From: Catajapyx aquilonaris
Lineage: Eukaryota
Length of the DNA stretch: 64,000 nucleotides
Direction: 5' to 3'
NCBI GenBank assembly: GCA_000934665.2
Contig: KZ538554.1
Span: forward strand, 1 to 64,000
Under the pieces are notes generated by a model, which had not been told where the DNA came from, did no database searches, and saw only the letters and a list, made by a program, of their open reading frames with translations. The position numbers and the translations under genes are program-made. Every line of letters starts with the position of its first letter. Position 1 is the first letter of the stretch. Below are positions 26,188 to 40,343 of this stretch, one piece after another.

Positions 26188-26210
26188 CTCCCGCCGGCAG
26201 GATCCGGAAC
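26188..26210 (-). CDS. 23-nt coding micro-exon, (R)FRILPAG(E)
   Basis: Strong acceptor cctaattttgtcctcgtctcttttgtgcag with a CTAAT branch-like motif, and a consensus donor GAG|gtaagt. Phase 2 in and phase 1 out exactly bridge the TM exon and the terminal exon. Confidence 0.85.
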
Positions 26211-29200
26211 CTGCACAAAAGAGACGAGGACAAAATTAGGCTGCTGAATGGGTGGGGGTTGAGGAGACAGCAACAGGCTTATAAAGCTATATGTTGCATG
26301 GGGGACAAGTACCAAGGACTGTGTCCCGCTCACCCAACAGTTTGAAAAAAAAGGCGGGAAAAAGGACAAAGAGCCCTGATTCTCCGCTCGACTGCGTCAT
26401 GGAGACAGAGGCAATTTTTTTCTCTCTTTCCCGGATTTTCCCCCAGAAAAGGATAAAAACGGAGCAACAGCTGTGATGTCCCAAGTTCATTTCCGATAGC
26501 ATTTACACCCGATCCCACTCCCAAGATGCGGAATTGATGCTCAATGACGACGCTTGATTGAGGATTCTGGGGGGGATACGCTCACTGCATTTTTCATTAC
26601 GTTGGCCTCCGAGACGTCTTTACTCAGATTTCAACTACACCTGTGCGTTTTCAACAATACTGTCAAATTGCATTGTATCCTGGCAGCGTTTTTTTTCAAG
26701 GCCCGTTGTATAACATGATAGCATACCTGAATTTTAGACTCAAGAAAGTGACTGATTAGACGGACAAACAGCGTTCCTGGCGGGCCAGGCACAGTTGCAG
26801 CACCTAACATTTCGTCTCATTTTTTAAAAAGTCGATCACTCGAATACTGCTATGATTGATCCAAGTTCGTTACTTCGAGGAGGAAAAATCCATATCTTTT
26901 GCCCAATACACAGCCTACCTAGCATGAGTCAGCACCTATTCTTCTGCGATCAACAGTATAATGTGCCATCAACCAGGCATCCCACTGCTCTTTCATGTTT
27001 TTGGTGCAACCTTAAATACGGCACACAATTGACTAGTAAGAGTCACCAGCGAGAAAATACTGAAAAGTAGCACTCCCACACAATAGCCACCCCATTCTAC
27101 AGTATACACGAGTCGCATTGACTGGACATCAAAGGTTGAAAAGCGAATTAGGTAAGTGACGGAAGCGTCATTATTTCGAACAGATCCTCTTCCAAATGTA
27201 TGGGATGGTTAAGCAATATTACATTCGCATGCAGCTCGTGTTTCATAAATCGTACACCTTACGACCTCACCGGATAGAGCAATCTTGTAGGATAAAAGAA
27301 ACTCTGCTGTATGACATTCATCAGAAGTAAAAGACCCCGCCTATCTCTTTTGTTCGGACGAAACAAAGCAGCGCAATTACAATTCACCCCCCCCTCCCCC
27401 ACCCTCTCATTTTGGCCGGCCCTTTGTGCTCGCATTCTAATTGGCGCTGAAGACGAAGGAAAATTAAAAGGACCGTGATTTTCTCGCGTTCTTTGCTAAC
27501 GACAGACACGAAAAGTATCGCGCCGAGGATCCCCTACAGCCCTTTTTGCCTCAGCCTCCTTTTTGAAACACTGCCATCATTTGGCCCAAGAGAGTTCCTC
27601 CCTCCACCATTGATGCCATAATTAAAGTCAACTCTAGGGGAAGAGAAAAGAAAGGATTTCGTTCTTTTTTTCCTCTCTTTTCTTTTCCCTCCCCTTCTTC
27701 TTCTTCGTCCCCTTCTTTTGCAAATGCCTCACCGTGATTGCGGGAAGAAAGTTGGATGGCGCGTGGCAAGCGACATTTCTTGAATCTGCCACTACCAGTA
27801 AGTGAATTACAGACTCTATACTCAATTTACTCTCGAAAACTGCATTTCCCCGCCATGTAACAACCCATCACATGCCTTGCTTCCACACCAGACTACCAGA
27901 CTCGGCTGTATAAGGATCGGTATACATGTGCAACAGGCACAAACCGGGGGCGAAACGTGCTATATGTAGCATTCTGAATATTGGATTACAATCGATACAT
28001 TATTAATAAAGAAATCGACACTGCGACCAGTGCTCCCGTTGTAATTTTGCAGCTGCAGCAGGGTGGTCCAAACCCAGCAGTTTGTATAACAGAAGATGCC
28101 AGTAGCGTGTCAGCTGCGGATGGAGGCATCTCTTTGTGTCCAAGTCCGCAGCCAAACCCAAGCACCCGAGGTCCTTAATAAATACAGGGCTCCGAGCAGG
28201 CTCCCCAAAGAGCTGAATGGTGTATTCACGACAACCGCACCTGACCTGTCAATGGTTGGTGCCTGCGGATGTCACCCGACAGGGAGAAAGGAACTAATCC
28301 TTGGTTAATAAGGACTCAAAGGGGTTCCTGCTGCTACCTTTCAAGCAGGTTGATGGTAGGTCGGGAAAGTCAAGAGCCGATTCTCACCAAACAGCGGGTC
28401 GTTTCAAGTACATCGCTTGCACACCATCTAATCACTATACCCTCTTTACCCTCCGTTTGCACCGGTACACCGAGGGGTGCCCACAAAGTTATGCAAAGGC
28501 TGGGGGTTCAAATTTGGTGGAATTTATATTTCGTCATTTTTTCCCCCGTCTCGGGTAATATAGTGTAAGTTGAGGTTTTTACTGGCTGAACAAAGGGCGC
28601 GATAGTGTGCAGGGTGTGGTGAGGCCCCCTGACTTGCAAAGCAAATTCCAAGGTCTGTAAGTAAGTCAATATAATGCTGACAAATATGGGGCAGTAAATC
28701 TGCACTGTATATGCTGCTATTTGCCAGCTCGTGCATAAGTAAATTCCCAATTTCAAACCTTTACGCACACCCTGCATTTATGCTTTCCATTTTCAACTGC
28801 GCATAAAATAATGTTTGGCATTAAAACAACATTTCCTTCATAAACCAACTGACCCGCGTTAAAACGCGGAACAAACAATAATTATTATTGTTTTGCAATA
28901 TTCCATGCATGCATGAGTATGACATTTTCGTTATTTACAGCAAGTTGTGTTACTTCCGCATGAATAAATCTAACTCCCGAACTAATCAGTTGTACCTGTT
29001 GTGTGTACAGGATGTTATTAAAATGGGCTAAAATATTGCACTGATTCTAGCATTGACTTGAGTCACTACCTACAACCAACTAAACAGAAATGTGTACTAC
29101 AGTGCACTGCACACCGTTACTGTAGGATTATCTACATCACAAACGCAAATGATTATTGCACGGCACCCAGTAAACCTGACTCTACTCCGGGCATTATCTT

Positions 29201-29310
29201 TGAGGTTAAGGTATAAGCTACCACTTCGATCGTTAGGTGAGCTTCGGAAACTAGAGAATGAAGAGCACTTGTGGCAAGCTAATCCACGCTACAAGCGTTC
29301 TGAAGACGAA

Positions 29311-29348
29311 CCCCCCCCNNNNNNNNNNNCCCCCCCCCTCCCCCCCCC
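29311..29348. other. Poly-C tract with an assembly gap (N 29319-29329)
   Basis: Read directly from the sequence. Confidence 0.95.
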
Positions 29349-31787
29349 AAAAAAAAAATGGCCACAAGTGCAGCCGAGCATTGCTCTGAGGGTAGAGCAC
29401 TCTTGATGTCAACCAGAATATTCCATCTGCTTGGTAGAATCATAGGTATAGTTTGTAAGCCAGCGGGCCTTTGTGTCTGCGAGGAAGAGGATCTCGTGCC
29501 AACAATCCATAACTTGGGCCCCACCGCAACAGGTCCAAAGTTCTTAATTATCCCACTCACGATCCGTCGTTATCGTGTCTGCGTGAGGTGGTAAGCAAAA
29601 CGCTAAGTGTTTCTAGCACTGACCTTACATGAAAAAAGTGTACTCGGCTACAAATCGGTGAACAGTGAAGCTGCCAACTGTCGTGACCATTAGCAGAAAA
29701 AAAAGGAAGGAGAGATTATTACATTTGGGAGGTAGGGTGTAGTTGAAGCAAGAGGGGTAATGCGAGACCGCGCGGACATGAGGTACGAGGATGACGAAAA
29801 AGGCGATGGCCCAGAGGCACGAAAGGTGACAATTAATCACCCGGTTCGTGTGACAAGGTGCAGCAAAAGCGAGTGGTGGTTCCCTTGATAAACTCCGGGG
29901 GAACATTACTCGGTCTTCATCAGCGGATCGCCACATAGACGCCTTGCGGTGCCCACCCGGATATCACATGGAAAAGTTAATTTCCTGATGGTGCGCCCGG
30001 CCTGATGAGCCAATGCACTCTCACCCCACCACCCACACCATGATATCTAAAATGTGCGACACAGATTGCAATCCCCGCTTTCGGCCATCAAGCTACAACA
30101 ATCAACATTATTTTTGCATCCCTCATTGGCTCATTTGCACCTCGATAAATGTTCCGCACTGCAAGACGATTGGGACGGACAAATGCATTTCAACTCCCTC
30201 TGACAGACGGCTCCTTTTACAGCCAATATTTCCACAACAGTGCTTATCGAACATTTGCACATTTTATTCAGATCGGTGCACGATGATGATCCAACTGAAG
30301 TAGCGTACAATGAGCTAGTTCATTATTTATAATGACACAAGGGGGACGGAACCCTCCTGAAGAGGCAAAAAAAAAGGTGAAGTAGGGAGGGTTGGGGGGC
30401 TCCTTTTGCATCAACTGTTACCTTTATTGAATGCGAGGTATGGCCCAACCAACTACAGCAGCAGCCCTCGAGCTTGGTGTGCTCTTCCACTCTAGAGACT
30501 TGTAGGCGGTGCGCTTTACTTTGGGATACACGGTGAATATTGAATGACCAACTGTTTGCTCTGCCCCGGTGGGCCTTCTGCCGACCTCTTTCGCTTGTTA
30601 ACTTTCACATGTCGTGGATACAGAGGGGATCTGGAAATCCGATGAAGTCCCTCCAGGGTTGTGGAAACAGGGGGGAAAAAATTATGTGGCTCTTTCAGGA
30701 CCGCGAACAAAAAAAGACAAGCAGGACGAGAGGGTATACATGCCAAAGTGGTGCGCAGGAATGTCTATGTACGGGAATTCATATGCAGTAAATAGACCCG
30801 GTTTGGACAATATTAGACAACGGACTAGCCTACCTTGCTTTACCCTCAAGATGTTGAGAAGTAAATGAAAATTTGGGTGCTGTTACGGAGACCTTTTTTC
30901 CTCCCAGTGTTTAGTCGCTCTATGGCACAAATGCCACATAATATACCCTCAACATATTGACGCGGACACCTCCTTCTAGAAATGCTCAGGAGTATTTTTT
31001 TGTCCTATGGGTTATCCCCGAGTACTGACATGTCATTTGGGAGCAAATAGTGAACAAATATGTAAAGAAACGCTAGGCACGGTCCATCTCGACTGTACAT
31101 AATGTACACTGACGTGACGTGCCCAAAAATAGGCGAAAGACAGCAACATATGCACTGTGGAACAGTAGCCATTGCAGCGTGAATTATTAAATTTCATCAA
31201 TTTTGCTTCATTTAGTATCATCAGATTGTCATGTCATTCGCGTTTTCATTGATATGAACCTGTTTTATGGATTTTTGGAGAGCCATTTAGTTACCCTGCA
31301 CCTGCATTTTTCTCATATCTGATATATGTGCTGGTAAAGAGCATATTGGCATGACCACTTATAGCCCTGTAGATTTAATCATTGCCTTTTTCCATCCAAT
31401 ACCTGTGTACCGCCCACCCTGAGAAATCAAATTGCATGTAAAAATAGTCACAAACTGCAATTACCTTTTACTGCATGCAATAATACTTTTTATTGGACGT
31501 GACCAGTAAATGTGAGGCGAATTTGCCTCCCAGGTTGTATGCATGTTCATCAATATAGAGAAGGCTACCAATCTCTATAGACTTGTAAAGAACGGGAACA
31601 GAAGGATTAAAATACCATTTAAAAAGATCACTAAAGCTCTTTAAGTACTACATTTGGCCACTTTTCAAGAACTACACTAATATAATGCCCCAAACGGGAA
31701 TTGATAAGCAGCAATGTCCTTCATGACCATTAATTTTGTTTTTATTGCCAATTTCACTTTGTCAATATTCCACTACTTTTTAAGTAA

Positions 31788-32023
31788 TGTAGTGCCCCAC
31801 GCTTGAGTCGTCAGACACACCACATAAATACTCCAAGAAGCACAAGGGGAAGGTAAAAGAACGACTATGGAACTCTTATTCAGGACAAAACGGCAGCAGG
31901 TCCGTTCAGGAGAACGGCCGGTCAAGAACTAAAAAACAATCCAAACAAACTCTGTTTCCCAAAACAACATCAACAGTCATGTTGCCTAAGCAACATACAA
32001 CACTTCGTTGCCGGGCCACTACA
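31788..32023 (-). mobile_element. Solo LTR (236 bp), probably gypsy-like
   Basis: It starts TGTAGTG and ends CACTACA (TG..CA with a 7-bp IR), flanked by the 4-bp direct repeat GTAA (31784-31787 and 32024-32027). Minus orientation is inferred from TTTAGTT and AATAAG motifs. Confidence 0.75.
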
Positions 32024-33423
32024 GTAATTCATAATGCTAAATAACATTATCCTTTTTGCTTAAATAATAAATTACTGACTCATTTTACATACCATTGTAT
32101 AAATTACAAGCTTATACATCTCAGCATATTTTCAGCACAAAAATTTCATCATGGTCGCGGTAGCTAATGAAAAGGTAGAATTTCATCTAAGTTTCATTAT
32201 ATGGCACAAAACCCCGTGATACATTGCGACAAGGGCCAATCTACGCCCACGTGAACACGGCAATATGAATTGTTATATACTTGGAAGGCCCCCTAGACCG
32301 CAAAGAAATGAGGTAGACCTAGAAGTCTATACAGAGTTTCTAGTCCCTGGCACGAGCCTTCTTTTATCCTTTGGCGATTGAACAATAGGTTTGGCCATAG
32401 GAGAATAATTTGTCGGACGGACTTGTGCGAGGGGGCGATTCATTTGACCAGAGAATGTGGACTGAATAAGAGGCAGCGTCACGGAAGCTCCATTGTTTCG
32501 CGATGGGGTCGTTAGTGGGTCTCATGCCCCCGCTCGTTATAATCCGGCCTTGCTGAGAGGATTTTCTCTCCCATGCCTCTCTCTGGGGCTAGCTTGTCCC
32601 AGGGATTCTGCCAGTAATTTACCAGAGAGTCCTGCTCCTTCTATCAATCAGCCCATGCACGCGACAACCATTTGGTGGGTGGGTTACAGAAATGGCGCAC
32701 AGACAGCGTGCACTGGGCGCCCCCTTGACTGCAATTAACTCTGAATTATCCCCCAGATTATTAATCAAGGGAGGCTGTAATGCAGGGCTTGGTAGCGGTA
32801 TGGGTGTCGTTGGGCCGTCACATATGGTGGTATGCACCGCACAATGAGTGGGCATGTGTGGGGAGGTGGGGTGAAAAAAGAAAGGTGGTTCCTGCTGCCA
32901 TCAATCTTGATCCGGGCATTAAAAAAGGGAGGCGGTCCATGAAGGATTCCAGACGGCATTCGAAAAACCGAATGGCAAAGCAGCTCAGCCGACGGTTCTG
33001 CTTGTGAATTAATAGGCGAATCCGCCATCCATCTTGCCAGTGCCATTTTACTTCCCTTCTGGTCGTCAGTGTGTGTCCAAATCCCTGGCTGAATTAATGA
33101 TGAGCGTGTGCTGGGACACCCGTACCGGAGAAAGCATCTTTTCAAAAGCCAAGTCGGATCAATTCATTGATGGCTTCGACGTCAGATGTAACCTACGGTT
33201 AATTAATTTGCAGGCATTCCGCCTGATTGCTGCTTCTGTCCACGGGCACACACAGAATTTTGTATGGTCAATATGACTCATTTACTATAATTATACACCT
33301 GTTGCTGAACTCGTGTTTGCTGGCGAATATTAGCTTGCGGTTTTGTTTGTACAGGCCTTGTGATGCCAGGATACCATGCCGAAGTGAATAAGTGATAGGT
33401 GCGTTCAATCGGGTGTTACTCAC

Positions 33424-33526
33424 CTTCTGCATTTCAGCACCAGCACCATCAGTGCTGCGCCAGCCACCGCAGAACCCAAAGCCACCATCACTAGAATGGG
33501 GATCCAGCTAGAATCGCCTGCATTTT
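33424..33526 (-). CDS. Transmembrane-helix exon, (E)NAGDSSWIPILVMVALGSAVAGAALMVLVLKCR(R)
   Basis: Acceptor cttcttttccttattcattgcag and donor AAG|gtgagt; 103 nt, phase 1 in and phase 2 out. It encodes a ~24-residue hydrophobic stretch followed by a basic KCRR stop-transfer signal. Confidence 0.88.
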
Positions 33527-36500
33527 CTGCAATGAATAAGGAAAAGAAGTCAGATTAGTATACATGATACCAGAGGTGCAATGAAAACTAAACATAAGCA
33601 ACAGCCGCATTTCCCTTCTTTCCTTCCAAATTCCAATCACATCTTGCGTTTCATGCCGTGAGTCGCCGGAACGAACTGGTGTGGTATAAATCATTAATGT
33701 GACATAAGAAGCCACTCCGCCACCATACAAGGCGGATTGTCGCTGTCTGTCATTTGCGCACGGATAAAAAGGGTTGGTTGTCTCCCAAGGAATTTAGGCA
33801 TATAAAAAAACGCGATCAAGAGCTCTCTTGGCAGGCGACACGTCGCGGAATCAAGACACGCCATGAGCTGATGGGAAGAAATAAATACTGGCAATCGATA
33901 ATAATAAATAAACTCCCCTAATGGGGAGTTCTTTTGGATTGTTTGTTTAATTATGGCAAGAAGTAGCACAAGTGCCTTTCGTTTGTAAATTGTTGAGCGG
34001 CACCCTCATCAAAAGAGCCGTGGAGGCGGGGGCAAGGAAGAGTAAAATTGGCTGGAGATACTGGTTGCTTACATTTGGGTCCCCCTCCTTTTAATACCCC
34101 AGTTAATTACGTCAGGGAGTGGAGGACTTGTCCCGTGGCTTGGAACTTGTCTCCCATTCTGCCCACTGCTAATTGCCTTTGGGCTCATCCGGCCTGGGAG
34201 GGATGTCAAGGGTCGAGGGGAGGAGGGACAGAGTGAGAACTCTTTAGGACACACAAGTCCTCGTCACGCTCTTCCAGCCGTCTCGGTCGAGGCTTTTCCG
34301 AAACATGGCCGCCCGAACCTAGAGTGATGGCAGCAGGTCCCATGGCCACCCTATAGCTCCTTCCTAAAGATGCTATACTGTGCAGTGCACAAAAATGTCG
34401 AGACAAAAGGTTTTTTCGCACCAGCACGCAAGGTTGTCAGGACCAGTGAAAGGCAGGTTGCCAGGTGAAGTTATAGCTCCACCTACGCTTCTCCCGCCAT
34501 CATTCACGATCAGTTGAACGGGAGAAGCGACACATGGTACCCGAGGCGTGGATTAATTCCTCCAGTCTGCGTGATTCTTCGCATTTTCTTTCAGGCTCCC
34601 CCTGGTGGGCCGGGAAAGGAAGTAACGCAGGAGGCCGAATAAAAGAATCCGGGCGGGGGGTCACCTGCTCCGTACTGTGGCCCTTGCATTCGGTCAGGAG
34701 CTACGAAGAAAAGAAACCAGCCTTCTTTCCATTCAGTGACCATAATAATATACACACACCCCACCCATTCCACTGGATGGGTGCTGGGAGCCATATGCAA
34801 AGAGGTTGAGTCATGGACAGCTTTGTGGCTTTTATATCCGGGGCTGCCTGTCACCGTTTTTTATCGTTTCAGAAGCAGGGGGGACGAGAGGTGACGCTGT
34901 TCCGGGGGTGAAGTTGTGATATTGCATCGATTTCTAGCTGGGCTTGAAAAGAGTGGGTGACGTACCCGATCAAGTCTGGAGGGTGTATCTGGACGGCGGA
35001 AAGAAGCGACAGATCAAATTTGAAATGAGACATTTGCTCCATTTCAGGCAACATGCGCAAAACTGACGTAGATTTCCTGCCCTATTCGCCCTTTGATGCA
35101 TCAAAAACCTACACAAGTCCCATTAACTGGAGTAAATCGCGTCTAACACCGACAAAGCCCCCCAGTATATCTCAGCCAGTTTGGAATCCAGCTCTTCAAA
35201 CGGCACATAACGCAGCGTAGGGCAGTGTAAATTAAGTGCTGAATTGCTACGGTGCATGTGGTAGCGGACGGATGATAAAATAATGGCACAGGGCACGTGA
35301 GTTGGGCTCCCATGTAAATGTGTCTCGGAAGCTATTCGCGTTGTCGGTAGGGGTGATTTGGGGCAGAAATGAGGAATAACCCGGATGCCCTCCGCAGCTT
35401 CCTCTTTCCTCCTACATCCGGGTGCTTTCCTTCCTCCGCTTCTTTTCCTGGTGATAAATAGCCCTTCCTCATCCTAATGGCCGCTCCTTCTCCTTTGGAA
35501 GGGTAATGACAGAGCCCAGAGAGCGGGCTCGAGGCGGACCCAACGTGCCCGGAATCCGGCTCCGGATGGGCCCGCCAAACGAGATGAAGTGCCTCTGTCA
35601 GCTACACCCAAAGACTCTTGTGTTTCCAGAGGAGAAGACGATCCTCCTGGCCGCAATCCCACTCAATGTCTTTACAGGGGGAAGCTCACAAAGTCTCAGG
35701 CGCTGGAATTTCTGGATTACTAGCGCTGCCTGTCGGGGAACTCGACTTGGTTACTAGGTGCGAATCTTTCGCTACCCGAGGAATTTTTAAATGGCCAACA
35801 ACTGGTTTACAGATTGCCTAGAAGTACGTCCATGTGGTATTACATTGAGCAAAAAGATTATGACTACTGGTCGTGGGAATGCTGAAGATACCAGGGTTTC
35901 CAACGAGTTCAGTTTAAATCTGGGGTTGTCACTGCTCCAATGCAAATATGCAATGGACGTCCTTTCTGCCAATGATACCCTGGAGCTATACAGCCATCAG
36001 CATTCGACCAAAGTAAAAATTACGAGGAAAAACTTACATCTTGCTCGAGGGATGGTGGTTTTGTAGCTCCAGAATGTATGTACGAAACTTTTCTCGACAC
36101 TAAACATCACCGGTTTGACACTAAATTCATTTGAACTTCTGCTCATGTTCTGTCCCCATCTTTTTGCTCTTGACTGTACATCTTAAGCAACCTGTAGGCT
36201 CCAAAGCCTGCCATTGGTCATCATTACAGGGCGTCGGCACAAATGTAAATAAAACAGTAGGCTCTGCAGTGGAGCATTTTTGGCGCAGCTTCTCGGGGAG
36301 CGCAAGGTAACCGCAGTTTTGTGCAGGGGATTTAGTTCGTGAAAAGCTGTTGGGAGTGTGGTTTGTGTGTCGGGGCTTATCTGGCAGCAAAGCAGGCAGT
36401 TGGCAAGGTTGAAGCTTTTGGTGTCCAGAAAAGAGAAGAAGCATCTTCTCAGGGGTCGCCACGCAGAGATTGCGGTCCTCTTGCGAAGCGCGATCTCAAG

Positions 36501-36796
36501 AGTCCGAAGAGCCATTTCGCGGCTCGAGACACATCCCCGGAGCCCATCGCTCTGCCTTAGATAAGACCAAATCCTGGATCTGGCGGCGAGTAGGAAATCT
36601 CGCAAATGGTGCCCACTTCCACAAAACGGCTGCACTTTGCTCCAGCCTTTATTACCCGACAATGCTCGTTTTGAGAGTGTGGAAAGTCCACAAGCTCGCA
36701 TTACAGTATCGGACGATAATGCAATTCTCTGCACAACTATGCCGTATAGTTCGATATGCAAACAACTAAGTTGGGTCCTCACCTCTTATAGACTAT

Positions 36797-37073
36797 GCAG
36801 GATGTTCCAAATGCCCAGAGGCTGTTCTAGCCCGGATATCAGTGTTTTAGTGAACGTAGTAGTTACCTAAAAATTGACTCGGGCTCTGGAGCAGTCCATA
36901 ATCAAATGCTAAAGCGACTCCAGTTTCTCAAGGTGAACACCTTGGCGCTTGAATTACTTTTGCAGGGACCTCCTCATTTATCCTCACACATGGCCATATT
37001 TATTCGTTTAATTAATGCCTTTTTGGGCAGCTTATTCGAGTAACCTTGGGTATCCATTATTGGAACACCCTGC
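36797..37073. mobile_element. Degenerate Tc1/mariner-type MITE remnant
   Basis: GCAGGATGTTCCAA and TTGGAACACCCTGC form inverted ends similar to the CAGGGTGTTCC termini seen elsewhere in the window; the TA flanks are not intact. Confidence 0.4.
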
Positions 37074-40000
37074 GCAGGTGGTGCTTAGGGCCGGTTTTTT
37101 CCATCGACCCCATCATGCTTGGGCTGATGGTGGGTCAAGCTACTTGCCGCCTCCACGTGTCATAGTGCAACCCCAAAAATGTGTCCACTGTACCTATGGG
37201 ACACGAACGACGACGACGCCAAGTTGAAACGCACACATACCGTTCGCTGTATGAGGTTGTCATGCTCTAGGAGGCTAATTGAACATGGCTACGAGTAAGT
37301 GTTTGCACAAAGCAGTGGGTTGCTAAAGAAGGAAGAGGATCGGATGGGGCAAACCAGTTGGGGCCAAGCCGAAGAGTAATGGGCAGGAAGGATGGTTTTG
37401 GCGGGACTCTGCGGGGGCGAGGCGGCTCTATCTCCACGGGGCGGCCCCTTCTTCATTTTTTTTCTTCTTTCTCTCCCCCCAGTCCTCCCTCTCCGAAGAT
37501 GGTCTCTGGGTTGTGGCCCCGGGGCAGGAGTTGGACACAAAGAGCTATTGGTTGGCCACCGTCCAGTGCTCCCGACTGGCTAGATGGTGACGGTTATTGC
37601 AGACTCGGACACGCTAACGTGCCTTTAGACACTATCTTGGCACCTTCCAGTCTAGACTCACTCATAGAAATTATGATCCGAGCTAGCCAAACGTGGAACA
37701 ACGTTAGTGGGGATAACGTGCTAGGGAGATACAAATGTCAGCATGTTACAGCTTTTATTCCAAAAGCCCTGGGACATTTTGTATGCACAGACCTTGTGTG
37801 ATCTGTCATAGGGGTTGTAGACAGAAAGCCCCATTACGGATTCGCTTGTGCGCCATCTCACAGGGGAAAAGAGAGGCTGCAGCGAACCAAACTCGGCTTA
37901 GGGAAGCGTTTACATTAGGCCGGAATGCTCCAGGGCGCCAAGCGGATCAAGGGGGGTTGGGAGGGAGGGAGGGAGGGGTCAGGAAAAAGGGCACTCTCCT
38001 CAAGGATTGCACAAGACTTTTTCCCCCCCCACATGCTGATGCTCTCATCCACTGTCTCTGCTGCAGTGTACTCTATGCTTAGTACACATGCTTATTGACG
38101 ATTCTAACGGACCAAAATATGAGAGTGTCCCAGGTGTAGGGCCGACTATGTTTTTGAGGTATTGATTAATATGTCGCCTCTGCTGCAGAAAGCTGGGTGA
38201 GATTCTAGCTTCCTATGTGCAGGATGTGTGCTAAGGTGCAAACTGCTGGTTTCCACGAAACAGGTTTTAAATTTAAAACCTCCCCACTCAGTTGGAGCTT
38301 ATCATGGAAAGTGCAAAATATTGCACCTGCTCCGAATGCGAAATGATGCTAGTCTGGACCAATCCAGCGTTACAAAATGTGCAACCGGTCAAAAGCAGGT
38401 GTTCATTCCCAAACAGTTTCAGTGCAAGCCATTAGGGATAGATTAAAAGTTTGAAATTGCTCTCCAGGACCAACAACCTGGTTCGTTCCCTATTTTTTAT
38501 CGTGAAAAAAAAAAAAACTTTCAGTATCGCATGGGGTATAGGTCCGTAATTCAGTTTCCCCTTTTCTCACCTGAAACGTTGTCCTTCCACATCATTCCCT
38601 CCCATCCCAACTTGAATCCGACACTTGATGGAAAGGATTGTTAGTGTCAGCGGACGGATTTCTCAGCTTCCGTACTCTCATATTTTTTTCCGTAAAAAAA
38701 AGAAAAAAAGAAGGACGGAAAAAAAATCTTGACAAGCCCGGTGTTGTGCCACGTGAAACGAAACAAAGGAGATCTTTGGTGAAAGGCCAGGAATTTTCTT
38801 GGAGAAGGTCTGTTTTCTCCACTCTTGGATGTCACCCGACCTGTCTTGGGAGTCACCCCCAAAAAAGTTCCTCCAACCCCCCCACACATTATAAGAATAC
38901 CAGTGGCCATGTCACATTTCCTACCGCCTTTTTCTTTCTCTTCTCCACCCCCTGAAGCAAGTGTTGCCATCGGACCACATGCGGGGACCGTTTCCTGTCT
39001 CTATGCCGAATCTGGATTTTTATCGCTCGTTTGCCCACAACTTTAGCTTTTACAACTTTGGTCCGTAATTTTTTCTGGAGCTAACGACACCTGGTTTATT
39101 GCTCTTGTTTATTATTGCAAGTTTCTACTTACTATATTCAATTTTATTGCGGCGGTTTCAGGCATTTGTCTGCTTTTTCAGCAGCCGTATTTTTCACGAT
39201 AAAATATGCGTTTGATGTCAACACTCTCGTAGATGCCATAAAGATAGCCTAACATGCTAATTGGTTCGCCGTTTCTCTGAGCAGCGGACCCGTCCGTGTT
39301 TTTTTCTGTGTGGAAATGTTTCGAAAAGATAGAAAAAGCCAGCCAGGGCAAGAACGGCAAATGGAAAGCTTTGGGTCTCAAATTCGATTAAGCCCGTTTA
39401 TATCAGAGCCATTCTTGCACAGCACATGACCCCCATCATTGGAACAACTAATGACATTTTCCACACACGTACGCAAATGTAATGAGGAAAATTCTCCCCT
39501 CCAACCACCAGCAATGACTACTCCAACATTCCTATTTGGCTACAAACCAGGGGTCCAAAGGTAATGAAGGAAAATCAAACAATTACACGCACGACTGCTT
39601 GAATAATAACCGAACATGGGTCCTGCACCGTGAGTAAACAATCGTGCATTCCGTTTTCATGCGCTGCAAATGTGAAACATGAATAAAGTATGTTTAGATA
39701 CGGCTTGCAACACGTATGACAGCAGTGGACTTTTTAAAAAAAAGCATGAAATACCACGGCTCATCTCTCGGGCCGCACTCTCTCACTTGACTGTCCTTTG
39801 ATGGCGCTGTGAACACGTAAATGAAGACTCGTGATTTAATGGCTTCAAATTTCTAGTGCATTTTACCTGCCGGGCCTGTAAAAGCTAACAAAGCGGGTCA
39901 AGTGCTGAGTAAATTGCTGGTGTAAAAATGACAACAAACATGGACACCTATGCTGTACATGCTGGAACACCCTGTAAGATAGCCCTTTACACAGCAGGGC

Positions 40001-40299
40001 ATTTACATGATCGCTTTGTTGCAGAGAATGTCGATTTCCCCTAGTGTATAGAGGCGGCTCCGTAGTTTGTGGGTATACTTGAAGCTTTTTATTGCTTTAT
40101 AGCATCATCTGGGCCTAACCACACGTTAGTCCAATTTTTGCAGTGCAAAATCCGGTCGGGCAAGTTTTTCCTTCCCCCCTCCCTCCCCCAAGCCGGTGCT
40201 CCGGTTCCACGTGAAAACACTAGGGACCTGGGTATACATCATCATGACCTACAAGCGTAGGACGTTGGGGCAGTTCTTCTAATCGCAGCTTCGGATCGA

Positions 40300-40312
40300 G
40301 GGGGGGGGGGGN

Positions 40313-40340
<28 letters not shown>
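40300..40340. repeat. Poly-G run, single N and (GA)n microsatellite
   Basis: Read directly from the sequence; the N is at 40312. Confidence 0.9.

Positions 40341-40343
<3 letters not shown>

Noticed and set aside
36183..36782. 199-aa minus-strand ORF
   Set aside because: Non-ATG start, atypical composition, no recognisable domain and no convincing splice sites.
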